The notes under the pieces were generated by a model. That model saw nothing but the letters and a program-made list of their open reading frames with translations. It was not told where the DNA came from and made no database searches. A stretch of DNA of 59,152 nt, counting the filler, from Sphacelaria rigidula (taxonomy: Eukaryota): the NCBI GenBank assembly GCA_964200075.2. It is 9 parts of 9 records of this genome, joined end to end, with 100 filler letters (N's around TTAATTAATTAA, not from the genome) between each part and the next. Parts side by side here need not be neighbours in the genome. Positions count along the whole stretch, not along the records: positions 32,921 to 39,403 come from CAXNAA020019808.1; positions 39,504 to 45,986 come from CAXNAA020019809.1; 7 more parts are not named here. The stretch is one strand, 5' to 3'. Of this stretch, positions 35,812-46,086 are shown in pieces. A program made the position numbers and the translations under genes. The stretch's first letter is position 1, and each line of letters begins with the position of its first letter.

Positions 35812-36150
35812 CGCCCCGGTAGGCCGAACAAAGCTAACTGATGCAGCTGATGTCATTCGGGGCGGAAGAATGTGGGTTTGACTCCCCGCGGGTGCACTTG
35901 GTTTATTTCCTCAGAAAGTACCTGATGGTATTTTACTATACCTGATTTCCGTCCTTGAAAAACTGAGAACGTGACTAGCAAAGACAGATCGTTTGCTTGT
36001 TTGGCGACAGTCGAAACGGTGCGGCAGCGCTGATCCTATCCTCAATACCGACTTGAAAGACGTGCACTGGGAGAGAGATGGGTTGATCCCCTTAGGCCCA
36101 TGCGCTCGCTCCGAGAAAGGGAAGGGGTTCAACGCCTCACAAAAGAAAGA
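35812..36150 (+). mobile_element. tRNA-derived SINE
   Basis: CGCCCCGGT start, GGGTTTGACTCCC B-box-like motif, and body GAGAACGTGA...GAGAGA..GGGTTGATCCC...CCGAG.AAGGG.AGGGGTT shared with the reverse complement of 52670-52965. Confidence 0.65.
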
Positions 36151-37931
36151 CAACGACACGTAAACGCCGCTGTCGCAACGATTCCCCTCCTCGAAGCCTT
36201 GCTGCTACTACACACATTGTATATTCCAGGCTGGTGGCGCTCTCCGGCGACCCGATCCGAGCTCCTCGGCGTCTGTATTTGTCATGCCGATGACTTCGAT
36301 TTGACTTGCGAAAGGCAGCACTCAAAACGTACGTAAAATCGAATCAACGTAGCTTGTACTATTTCCAATGTCTTTCTGGTTCCAACTCTCCATGCTTCAA
36401 CATGATGAAATGCATGTCAGCTAGTGGTATCAAGGAAATGTATCAGTAGATCAGGTTATCAACCACCATATATATTTCACTCCCGGGACAATACAATAGT
36501 ATGTAATATGTAATATATACATTGCCCGTTCAACATGTCGACGCGTCGCGTGCTCAATATATATTGGCCGAGCAATATGATGGAGCGGGGGACAGATCAA
36601 TATATGGTGTCATCACCATGTCAAGGCTCGCCACATCAATATATATCGACACGCGCCACCTCAATATATATACATATATATATATATGTATATATATTAG
36701 CCGAGTAATATGTTAGTACCGTAAGGCGCCAGTATATTTTTGTACAGTAATATATTGGCTGCCACACACGGTCAATATATATTGACGATTCAATGCACCC
36801 AATACCCGGAACGCCAATATATGTTGCCGCCGGAACATGTTGTGCGTCAATGCAGAGTAATGCTACGGTTGGGGTGCACTTTTCAGTTCAAACATGTTAT
36901 GAGGCTGCACACGGAGGCTCAGATGTTTGTCATCGAGAGGCTTCTGCAGCAAAGAGCCCCGTGAAATTAACTGTTGTTATCGTCGTCGTCATCGTCATCA
37001 TCGTCGTCGTTGTTGTTATTGTTTTCGTCATTTTTATATTCACATTAAAGATCGTCCCGATATCTGCGTAGTACTCTCTATTGGGCATCTGATGCGGACC
37101 TCCTTCCGTAGTCACAGGCTAGCTACCCTAAGTAGGATAAGATAAAATAAAAAATGAAAATTGGACCCAGGAAAATTTTCAAAGACACGATACAAAAAAA
37201 CAAACAAACGAATGAATGCATGAAAATATTGATAGAAATGAAAAGGAAGAAAAAATATATACTGCTGGCCCCCTTAGTTCCAATGCCGTGTGCGATCATT
37301 CGGGCTAATGGAGGCAGGGCCCATTAGTTCACTCAGCACGCGAAGCCAAACAGGAATGGAGTCAAAATCAGGGACCAAGATCACCAATCATAGCGATAAG
37401 AATCGCAGGTTTCTATCCTTGCACCTCTGAGGGACAGCCATGCGTACAAATATCGTAGGCGCAGCAGAAAAAGCAATATATATATCGCATTATTCCAATA
37501 TGATGATCGATTAATGTATACTGGAAACATATTGCATTGTCCAGGGTGTAATCTATTTCGCAAAAATCGTAAATACCATCATTTTCTACGACTAGGTATG
37601 AGTGTGGTTGCTGTGCAAGGCCTTTCCCGCCAAGCCATGTGGCAGAGGCCGGCAATTTCTATTTAATTTTAATTCTGTTCTGTTGTCGTCTTCCTCTATT
37701 TTTGTTTTTTTACTACTCTGGTGTTCTGGATTACATTTTCTGTTTTCTCTTCACCGAGTGTTACATCATTGACATATTCGTGACTGAATCTTCGTCGTCG
37801 GGTAGGTCTATAATCCAAATGATAGAAGTCCGACAAACCCCGACGGCGAAGATCCATCCACGAATATGTCGATGGTGTAACATTGTCCGCCGTGCCATGG
37901 TGGTCGAACTGCTACGGCACATTAACATTAA

Positions 37932-38667
37932 TAAGGGCAGGTCCATTAGGGTATGTACTTTCAAGTACTCGGGGTAAAATACCCGGGTATTTACTCTACC
38001 CAGGGTCTGGGTAGATTGGGTACGGCCTCGATACTCTACCCAAATTTCGGGTAGATTGGGTTTGGCCTAAATTACTCGGTCCGAAGGTTGGGTAGATTGG
38101 GTACAAAATCGAATGCACAACCCAAACTTTGGGTGAGCATTCGCAGCAATACTTGGGTGTAGAGTACCACTTGGGTATGACCTCAATACTCTACCCAAAA
38201 TTTGGGTAGATTGGGTACGACCTCAAATACTTCACCCAATGTTTGAGTAGATTGGATACAATCTCAAATACTCTGCCAACATTTTAGGTAGGGTGGATAC
38301 GACCTCAAATACTATACCCAAATATCGGGTAAGCAATCTCAGCAATGCCTGGATACAGATTATCACTTGGGTAATTTATGACCTTAATACTCTACCCAAC
38401 TTTCGGGTAGAATGGGCACGACCCCAATACTCTACTCAAATACTGGGTAGGAACTCCAATTTATACCTGGGTATAAAGTTATCACTTGGGTATGACCTCA
38501 ACACTATACGCAAAATTTGGGTAAGTTGGGTATTACCTCCAATACTATACACAAAGTTTGGGTAGATTGGGTACGACCTTAAATAATGTACTATATCCAA
38601 ACGTTTGGGTACGAGTACACTTTTCAAAGTACCGAGTATTGGGTGTAATCTACCCGGCCTGCCCTTG
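37932..38667. mobile_element. hAT-like non-autonomous element filled with palindromic tandem repeats of about 40 bp
   Basis: Termini TAAGGGCAGG / CCTGCCCTTG, with flanks AACATTAA / CAAATTAA. The interior has roughly 15 degenerate units of TTGGGTAGATTGGGTACGACCTCAATACTCTACCCAAA. Confidence 0.7.
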
Positions 38668-39367
38668 CAAATTAAAAGTGTCAGTAACATTAACATTGGC
38701 AGTTAGTTGAGGCGGACTTCGTACCCGAATACAGAGAATGAAATCTTCAGTTCTGGTTTTCGTGCCCCGAAGACGTGAGAATATGATCTGGCACCAACAA
38801 AACAAACGCTGACAGTGGTGGACGTGATGCGGGAGTGTTGGTCCCAACTCTCAGTAGTAGACTTCAATGTAAAGGCCCGAGCAGGGATGACTTTATCCCT
38901 TGAAACTACGGGTTTGTCCTCAGAAACACCGTGGGTGGATGAAGCCCAGAGAACATCATATGTCATTCCAAGTCTTCGCAAAAATTCCGTAAACTCTGCT
39001 ACAGACGTTGAAACCAGACACAATGTTTTACCGCAAATGTTTCGTACACCTCCATCTCATCCGCATTGTTGACTTGTGCTAAAGTGAATTGCATGGATGC
39101 CAATATCGGGCGAGGAAACCGTCGCGAAACAACAGAATTGGCCTATTTGCTGGAAATGCCGAGCGTTTTGCTCTGTCAGTTTGATTCCACGCATCCGCGC
39201 GATCATTTCCCGCCATCACTGTTGCATGGGGCTTCATGTTTAGAGAGAAAATAAGGAACGATTCCTGGTCGTTGACTACAGAAGAATTCGATGCCTTTTT
39301 CAACTGACGACACATACCTCAGCCCGGGTACTACACCCGAACTTTCATATAAGCACAAATTTGGCTG

Positions 39368-39403
39368 GGGGGGGGGGGCGTACTCATTTGTTGCTTGCCT
39401 TAG
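39368..39403 (-). mobile_element. LINE 3' terminus + poly(C) at contig end
   Basis: Reverse complement: CTAAGGCAAGCAACAAATGAGTACG + C-tract. Confidence 0.8.
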
Positions 39404-39989
39404 NNNNNNNNNNNNNNNNNNNNNNNNNNNNNNNNNNNNNNNNNNNNTTAATTAATTAANNNNNNNNNNNNNNNNNNNNNNNNNNNNNNNNNNNNNNNNN
39501 NNNTAAAAACACCCTAACCTGTATTAAAATATAGTGAAGACCCTTTTTTCATAAAAACACCATAACCTGTATAAAAAAAAAAAATGAAGGCTCATTTATT
39601 TTTTATTCGGCACTCTTGTGTGGTTCTCCACACCAAAATTCGTCGCCATCCGCTTAATGCATCGATCGGGAGTTTCATAGAGATTTTAGTATTGGCAAGG
39701 TATTGGCGCTATCTCCCTTAGATATAGGAATAATTACTAGACATGGGGTTTAATCGACGAGAAAATATAGGCCCAAACTTTTGAGCAGATACAGATGGGC
39801 ACCTCCCCCTTGATTAGACGATTAGTACGATATTATATGCGGATCACGGCCCAACTCGTCTGCGTCGAAGAGATATTGCTTTTAGAGCTTAAATCCGTTT
39901 TTAAGCTGGCCCAGCTCGTAAGCAGAAAATAAGGAAAATGGAAGAACGAGAGGAACGGGATGGGAAGACAAGAACGGAAAAGTATTTGA

Positions 39990-40093
39990 CTCTTAGACCG
40001 CGACGCGGGCAGTCCGTCTGGATCACCAATCAATTTTTCAAGTGAAATTGATGATGACGATTCAGCAGGTGACCTACCCCCGCGGTCAAAGGG
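39990..40093. mobile_element. Solo copy of the about 100-bp piggyBac-like MITE
   Basis: CTCTTAGACCGCG...TTTTTCAAGTGAAATTGATG...CGCGGTCAAAGGG, flanked by TTGA on both sides; homologous to 15617-15715. Confidence 0.75.
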
Positions 40094-41031
40094 TTGAGGA
40101 AGGAAAAAAACACCAATCTACACACACACATGTATGTATATATATATGTATGTAATGTATGCGAAGAAACGTGTCACGACCAGAAGAAACGGCGTTGCAT
40201 GGAGCGCATGTCTCCTTTTTTCGTCTGTTTTCGGCTTGACTGCATGCAGGAGGGCAGCTAACATCACGATGAATAATACTGACGGCGCTGTACCGTACTG
40301 TGGTATCTGTAGTGAATACTGCGACTGTTCTTGACTGTGGTATCCATCAATCGGCACCCCTTACCCCTCCCCCCCCCCCCTCCAGCTGCATCTTTAGAGT
40401 CTAGTCGCATTGCTTCGGTGTTTCAATTGCGGAATTCGCTCGGTGTTGAGCGTTGTGGCTATTATCGTTGTTGTCGGCGGCGCATGCGCATGTTGCCTCC
40501 CAAGAGCCTACCTCCTGGCAGACACAGCACACCTCGCGCCATGGATACATGGATGCGAACAGGACGAAGCAGCATCTATATGCCACAGGGCTACAACCTG
40601 CTATTATGCACAGTACATTATTCTTGAAAGCGAGTTGCGTGCTGCAGCGGCCAGAGGGGCGGACCTTGGACCCGTCCGTGTATACCATGCGAGAAAAGTA
40701 TTCCACTTGTGTTCGCCACGATTGAGTTGGCTTTCATGATCCTGATACCGGAGTTTGTCATGGGGTGCTGCCATTGACAATCTAGCCGAGAAGCCCGGTT
40801 GCGCCAGTGGTCGTAGCTGGCGGACCGCAGCTGCGTATAGATCGGCCTTGATCCCTACTAACAACCGGGTCAGCATCGTACCACGAAACACCACGTTTTT
40901 GAAGGGTCCGAATTTTTCGGACTTGTCCAAAAATTCGGAGCAGAAACTCAAACCGTTGAACTTCGTTTTCGGAGAGAAGTCTGAACGCGGAGTTCGAAAA
41001 ATTCCGACTATTTCTGACATCTCCTAAAAGA

Positions 41032-41261
41032 CAAGGTCGATAATATTAGAGATTTCGGAAAACGCTTTTTTGTCATTTCAGAGTGCAAACATCTCAGGAT
41101 TAGAGTGCAGAAAAAAATAAAATAAAACTCATCGAAAAAAAGTTGAGGGAATACCATATTTGACGGAGGCGGAAAAATTATTCGTCATACTCGGATCCTG
41201 AGATATTTGCACTCTAAAATGGCAAAAAAACGTTTTCCGAAACTCTCTGATAATGGACCTC
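41032..41261. mobile_element. MITE / hairpin with inverted arms of about 75 bp
   Basis: TTTCGGAAAACGCTTTTTTGTCATTTCAGAGTGCAAACATCTCAGGAT pairs with ATCCTGAGATATTTGCACTCTAAAATGGCAAAAAAACGTTTTCCGAAA. Confidence 0.75.
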
Positions 41262-41538
41262 AGAGGGCACCGGAAACGTTGGTAGACGCCTCACCAACCC
41301 TAACTAATAATAGTATCACGCCCTAACTACAACGTAGCTCTTCGGAGAGCTGCCCTGTGTGTACGCAGTGGCGCTCGCAAGCATTCGAAAGAGCCATTAC
41401 GTACCTTTCCAGTCCCGAAAATTTCGGAATTCTCCGAAAACACAGCGTCGATAATGGTCGGCCTGACAAATCAAATAATCACGGGATTTATCGATGAACT
41501 AGCTGTTGGGTGCCGAGTTCATTGTATTTGCATTCTAA

Positions 41539-42263
41539 GAGATGATCCTGGAAAACGAGGTTGAATTTTCAAATGGGGCTGAAGCCACCTGCCGAAAAAA
41601 TTCACAATTTTCCCGGAACAGTTTTACACAAACGACCAACTACTGAGGGTTTTATGCGTCTGTTGAAACTTCCCTTGCCTTGCCATTCCGCGCATTATTG
41701 CTCCGGTGTCTAAAGACATCCAGCATGTATCTCCTTTCGTACATTCGAAACGGCTCTCAACACGTGAGGGAAGCCGTTTTTGACCGGATTCCCATCTTTG
41801 AAAGACATGATGCCGGAGTTTTGTCGAGCCCCAGGAAAGTTCGCAAGGGGCAGGGAGTTTCCCACCCTTCAAAATTCCCATTTTTACATATGTTAAACGT
41901 TTCCAGCAAATAATTTCTTTAGCGAAACGCCAACGGCGACACTAATTTTCATGAAAGTATTCCCTCTTTCATCATTGCGAGAAAGCTCGACAAACCCCGG
42001 ACATTTTTTTATGACACCCGAAGGAAGACACCCAAATAGTCTCTTACCTGGGAAGAACTGTTTCGAATGATATGCGAAAAGAGACACATTTGACTTTAGA
42101 AACCGGAGCAACAATGCGCGACAGGGCAACCTAGGGAGAGTTTCAGCATACAAGTAATCTTCAGTGGCTTGTGTTCATCAAAGCTGTTCCGGCGAAAAAT
42201 GTGAATTTTCGGAAGGTGGCTTCACCCCCATTTAAAAATTCAACCTCATTTTCTAGGATCCTC
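41539..42263. mobile_element. Foldback-type non-autonomous DNA transposon (about 720 bp, diverged arms of about 290 bp)
   Basis: GATCCTGGAAAACGAGGTTGAATTTTCAAATGGGGCTGAAGCCACCT pairs with AGGTGGCTTCACCCCCATTTAAAAATTCAACCTCATTTTCTAGGATC. Complementarity continues inward to about 41830/41985. Confidence 0.8.
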
Positions 42264-43709
42264 TATTTTCTGTCATTTTTCATGTATGTGCGGACAGTCC
42301 GGCCAGGGAAACGCATTATTTGCGGTCTTCTGTCGCTATCTCCTCCCAGAGTATACCACTCCACAGTTTGGCACCGATGTAGAAACATATCCCGATTAAC
42401 TCGGATCAAGACTGCTGAGCAGAGCGAACCGTCGTTGACTGGGCATGGGTACACCACCCACCCGAAGAAAATCGTCAACCTCGGCTTTATCTGCGTAGTA
42501 CGGACACCGCTTTGTATGTTTTTCGACGAAGAGAATCGCTTGGCGACGTATTCGACACTTCTAATCGACACTGTCGGTGATTCTTCCGACACCGTGGGTA
42601 AGCTAAAGCAATGTCGGGAGCCTAAAGCCCTCCTGGTAAGTGCGGGTAACGGTGTCAGAGATGTTGGACACACATCCGGCAGTTGCACCGACGCCTCTGA
42701 CTTGATTCGCCGACACACACTTCCGACAATTTACGGCAGGCTGAACCTGTCGGCAACACTGTCGGGGTTGTTTATGTTACAGTTCGACTTACAGCTCAAC
42801 CCGTCAAGGTATCTGCCGACACCTCCGACTGTATTGTTTCTGACAGCACCGACACTTCCGAGGACATCGGTGACAGCCCTGAACCATCGACAGCCACGTT
42901 GTCGGAGTCCATCCTACTAGCGTACACCGCACGGGACTGTACAGACCTCGCTCAGAGTATTCTCGATACAACCCAAATTACAACCCAGTGTCGTTGATTG
43001 AGAAGAAATCTTGAACAGTTACCCTGGAAAGTTGTGATCGCAAGGGACTGGTGCATCTCATAGCGTATGGTACGCACCAAATTTCAGTAGAGTTGGCGTT
43101 AGAATGAATGTAGTTTAAGTTCAGAAACGTGTCTCAGAATCTAAACTATACTACAATGTGCTCACATCGCTTGGTTCATATCATGCATGCAACGCGTGAG
43201 CACGCGGCGATCCCCTGCCCAAAAGACAGTCGATGATTTTGAATCTGGCGACGTTTTGTTGTTCTGTTGCGTATCCCTGTCTGTGTCCTACTCGATATAG
43301 GGCAGTGTGTCCAGGGAACGCTTCACCCTGCGCACGATCAACCGCCAGCGTAAAAACACACTCAGCTAGTTTTTGCGCTTGGGGCTACCAAATAGGGTAG
43401 TATTACACAACCGGCCTGCAGATTGATCCCGCAAGATTCACGCTACACTATATACCTCGGGCTATGTCGGAGAAAATGGTTGCTTCATGCCGACGAGAAG
43501 TGTGCGTTGAGATTTGTCTTGGAGAGTACATTGATGTCTCGAGGAAATGCACCGCGGTGTACTGTGCTTCTCCCTCATCATTGTAGCGTTTGAAGGCTCG
43601 CAGACAGCGTTACAAGGGATATCGTACAGTTTGCGTTTGAACGCGTACGCTCTACTTCGACACATGAATATACATATTATATACACACATACGTTGTGTC
43701 ATTCTCCAG

Positions 43710-44170
43710 AGTAAGATTTTTGTCTCATCCAATCTTGTGGCTCATGGACAATGGCGAGTTTCGAAGCGCTTTCTCCATTCTGTTTTCCGTGCGAAGCGAA
43801 GGTACGCCTATGTGTTGTCTTATTCCACGTATTGTGTTGTTCTGTTTTGAGTTGATTTTGATTTGCCGATCAAAGATCATTGTATTACGTAACTTTGTGT
43901 GTTGTGTTTTCAACGTTCCTTCTCCTTTCCCTTCCTTTCCTTTCCACCCCCCCCCCCCTTTTTGTTTATTTTATTTTATTTCCATTCTTCTCTTTTTCTT
44001 TCCAATCGGCTCGCAATATTTGCAGGATTGACGTACTGGTTCAATGGAATCGTGGGCTACAGCTGTGCGTCGCTAGCGGTGATCACAGGGTCATGCCTGT
44101 CGCTCAGTCAAGGGCTTGTTCTTCTTCATCTTTTCATCAAAACCAGCGCGTTCAACAGCAAAGATACAAG
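43710..44170 (+). CDS. Two exons of a putative membrane protein, weakly mitochondrial-carrier-like
   Basis: Exons 43710-43801 and 44026-44170 have polypyrimidine-AG acceptors, GT donors and compatible phase 1. They give FLSHPILWLMDNGEFRSAFSILFSVRSE|GLTYWFNGIVGYSCASLAVITGSCLSLSQGLVLLHLF. Confidence 0.45.
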
Positions 44171-44473
44171 GTAGGGCGAACTGCTGGGAGGACGAGGAAC
44201 GGTTGTACTGTTCGCTCTTTCTAGCACTTTGCATGTCTACGTGCGATAAAAAATGTTGATAAGAGTGATTCCGCGATAGCACCCCCCCCCCCCCCCCCTC
44301 CGCCATCCCCCCACCACAGCCCTCCCCCCCCCCATGCCCCCACCGCACCACNNNNNNNNNNTTTTTTTTTTTTTTTTTTTTCTTTTTTTTTTTCTCTTCC
44401 TAAAAAAAATTTTTATAAAGTTTTTCCCCCCGTACCCCCCCCCCCCCCCCCCCCCCCCTCCCCTCCCCTCTTC

Positions 44474-45952
44474 GAAGAGGAAATGCCGATCATAGACCAG
44501 TATACATACCTTGACGTAGAGATATCAAGAAACTGTTCTTGGGATGCCCACATGAATGAAGTTATAGAAAAGGGCAAGGCGCAGATAAGAAGGATGAACG
44601 TGGTCCTTAGAGACTCGCACCTAGACACTAGGATTAAGAGATGTATCCTGATGAACATGATCGTACCAAAGCTGGAATGTGCAGGAGAAGTATGGGAAGG
44701 GAGCGTGAAGTTGACGAAGAAGTTGGAAACAGTACAGATGGCAACGGCTAAGAAGATACTTGGATGCTCGAAAACGACGAGGAATACAGTTTTGAGAGCA
44801 GAGTTGGGAATGTACTCACTTAATTTAAAACAAACAGAGGCGTGAGGAAATTGAGGCGGCAATATAGCGTAAAGAAGATGCAGAGAAAGAGATTGCCAGC
44901 TATAGTTGATAGGGCTGTATGTAAGAAAAAATCTAAAAGGAAGGGTACAAGATGGGATAGAGAAGTCGAAAAAGTATGAAAGGAGATAGGAGAAACCCAA
45001 GACGAAATACTGTCCATAGGTGAAGGCGCGGGGTACAAGACAAAATTAAGAGATACGATCGAAATAAGGGGAAAAGGAGCGCTCAGGCGCAGAGTAGACG
45101 AGAAAGAAAACCTGAAGATATACGGGTGGTTGAGAGAGAGGATCGGGATGAAAACATATCTGCATGGCCCAATGGACGCGACGAAAAAATAGAAAGTGCG
45201 ATTTCGGGAGGGGGACCTGGACCTGCCAGAAAGAAGAAAGAGATATACCAGTAGTCGAAAGGAGGAGGAAGTAGGTGCACAGAACTGCCCCTGGGCAAAG
45301 CAATAGAGAAATTAACTCATATGGCTGCAGAATGTGAACTATACCAGAGGGAACGAGACGTGCTAGAGGGGGAAAGGAAATGCGGGACGTGAACGAAGAT
45401 GGGATGAAGTCGTTTGATGCATTAGACAGTAGAGAGAAAATGATTGCTATGCTAGAAGATAGATTGCGGCCACAGACGGCGAAACAGGACGGGGATAAGA
45501 TATGTAAAATGGCACTCTCTACGATAGCCCCCCCCAAAAAAACAGCCCAAAGGTGTCGCGGAAAAAATGGTCATACAGAACCTGATGTTTGGTTTTAGGC
45601 TGCATGAAGCGCTTCATATGGGCGACATCGGTGAGAACGAACCCAAGCGTGGGAATTCCCAGCTGCTCGTTATGCTCGGCTTTTTCCATTTCGATTTACG
45701 CGAACATTTTGCCTCTCCAAACCAGGCACGTTTTTTGGGGGGGCTATTGTAGAAAGTGTCAAATGTTTTCGTGCAATGAATGGAAGAAACGTAATGAGCG
45801 CCGGAATGTTGGAGGTGTCTCTATTAGAAGTAGGAGGGGTGCTCCGGCTCGAGAGGGATGCGTGGTCAACGGTCAAACGACTAAGGCGAGCAACAAATGA
45901 GTACGCCCCCCCGCCCCCCCCCCCCCCCCCCCCCCCCCCTCCCCCCCCGCCC
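44474..45952 (+). mobile_element. 5'-truncated LINE (ORF2 RT thumb and C-terminal region, disrupted) ending in poly(C)
   Basis: PIIDQYTYLDVEISRNCSWDAHM...MIVPKLECAGEVW...LETVQMATAKKILGCSKTTRNTVLRAELG is typical of the non-LTR RT C-terminus. Stops and frameshifts are present. The ORF ends KASNK* at 45900, then GTACG and about 45 nt of C-rich tract. The 5' flank is also a C-tract. Confidence 0.9.
45511..45760. mobile_element. 250-bp MITE with 4-bp TSD inserted in the LINE
   Basis: TIRs GGCACTCTCTACGATAGCCCCCC.. / ..GGGGGGCTATTGTAGAAAGTGTC. AAAT is duplicated at 45507-45510 and 45761-45764. Excision restores DKICKMFSCNEWKKRNER. Confidence 0.85.
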
Positions 45953-46086
45953 GCACGAGCCCAACGTTCCGAGAACACAGCAGCCCNNNNNNNNNNNNNN
46001 NNNNNNNNNNNNNNNNNNNNNNNNNNNNNNTTAATTAATTAANNNNNNNNNNNNNNNNNNNNNNNNNNNNNNNNNNNNNNNNNNNN

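Noticed and set aside
37960..38640. CRISPR-like array
   Set aside because: The units are contiguous degenerate tandem repeats with no unique spacers, there are no cas genes, and the context is eukaryotic.
38703..39315. MULE transposase remnant (RWRCTKHLR*N)
   Set aside because: Only one short motif is present, with no supporting DDE context.
42171..42920. 249-aa ORF
   Set aside because: It overlaps a foldback arm and a CCGACA motif-rich repeat, and has no recognisable domain.
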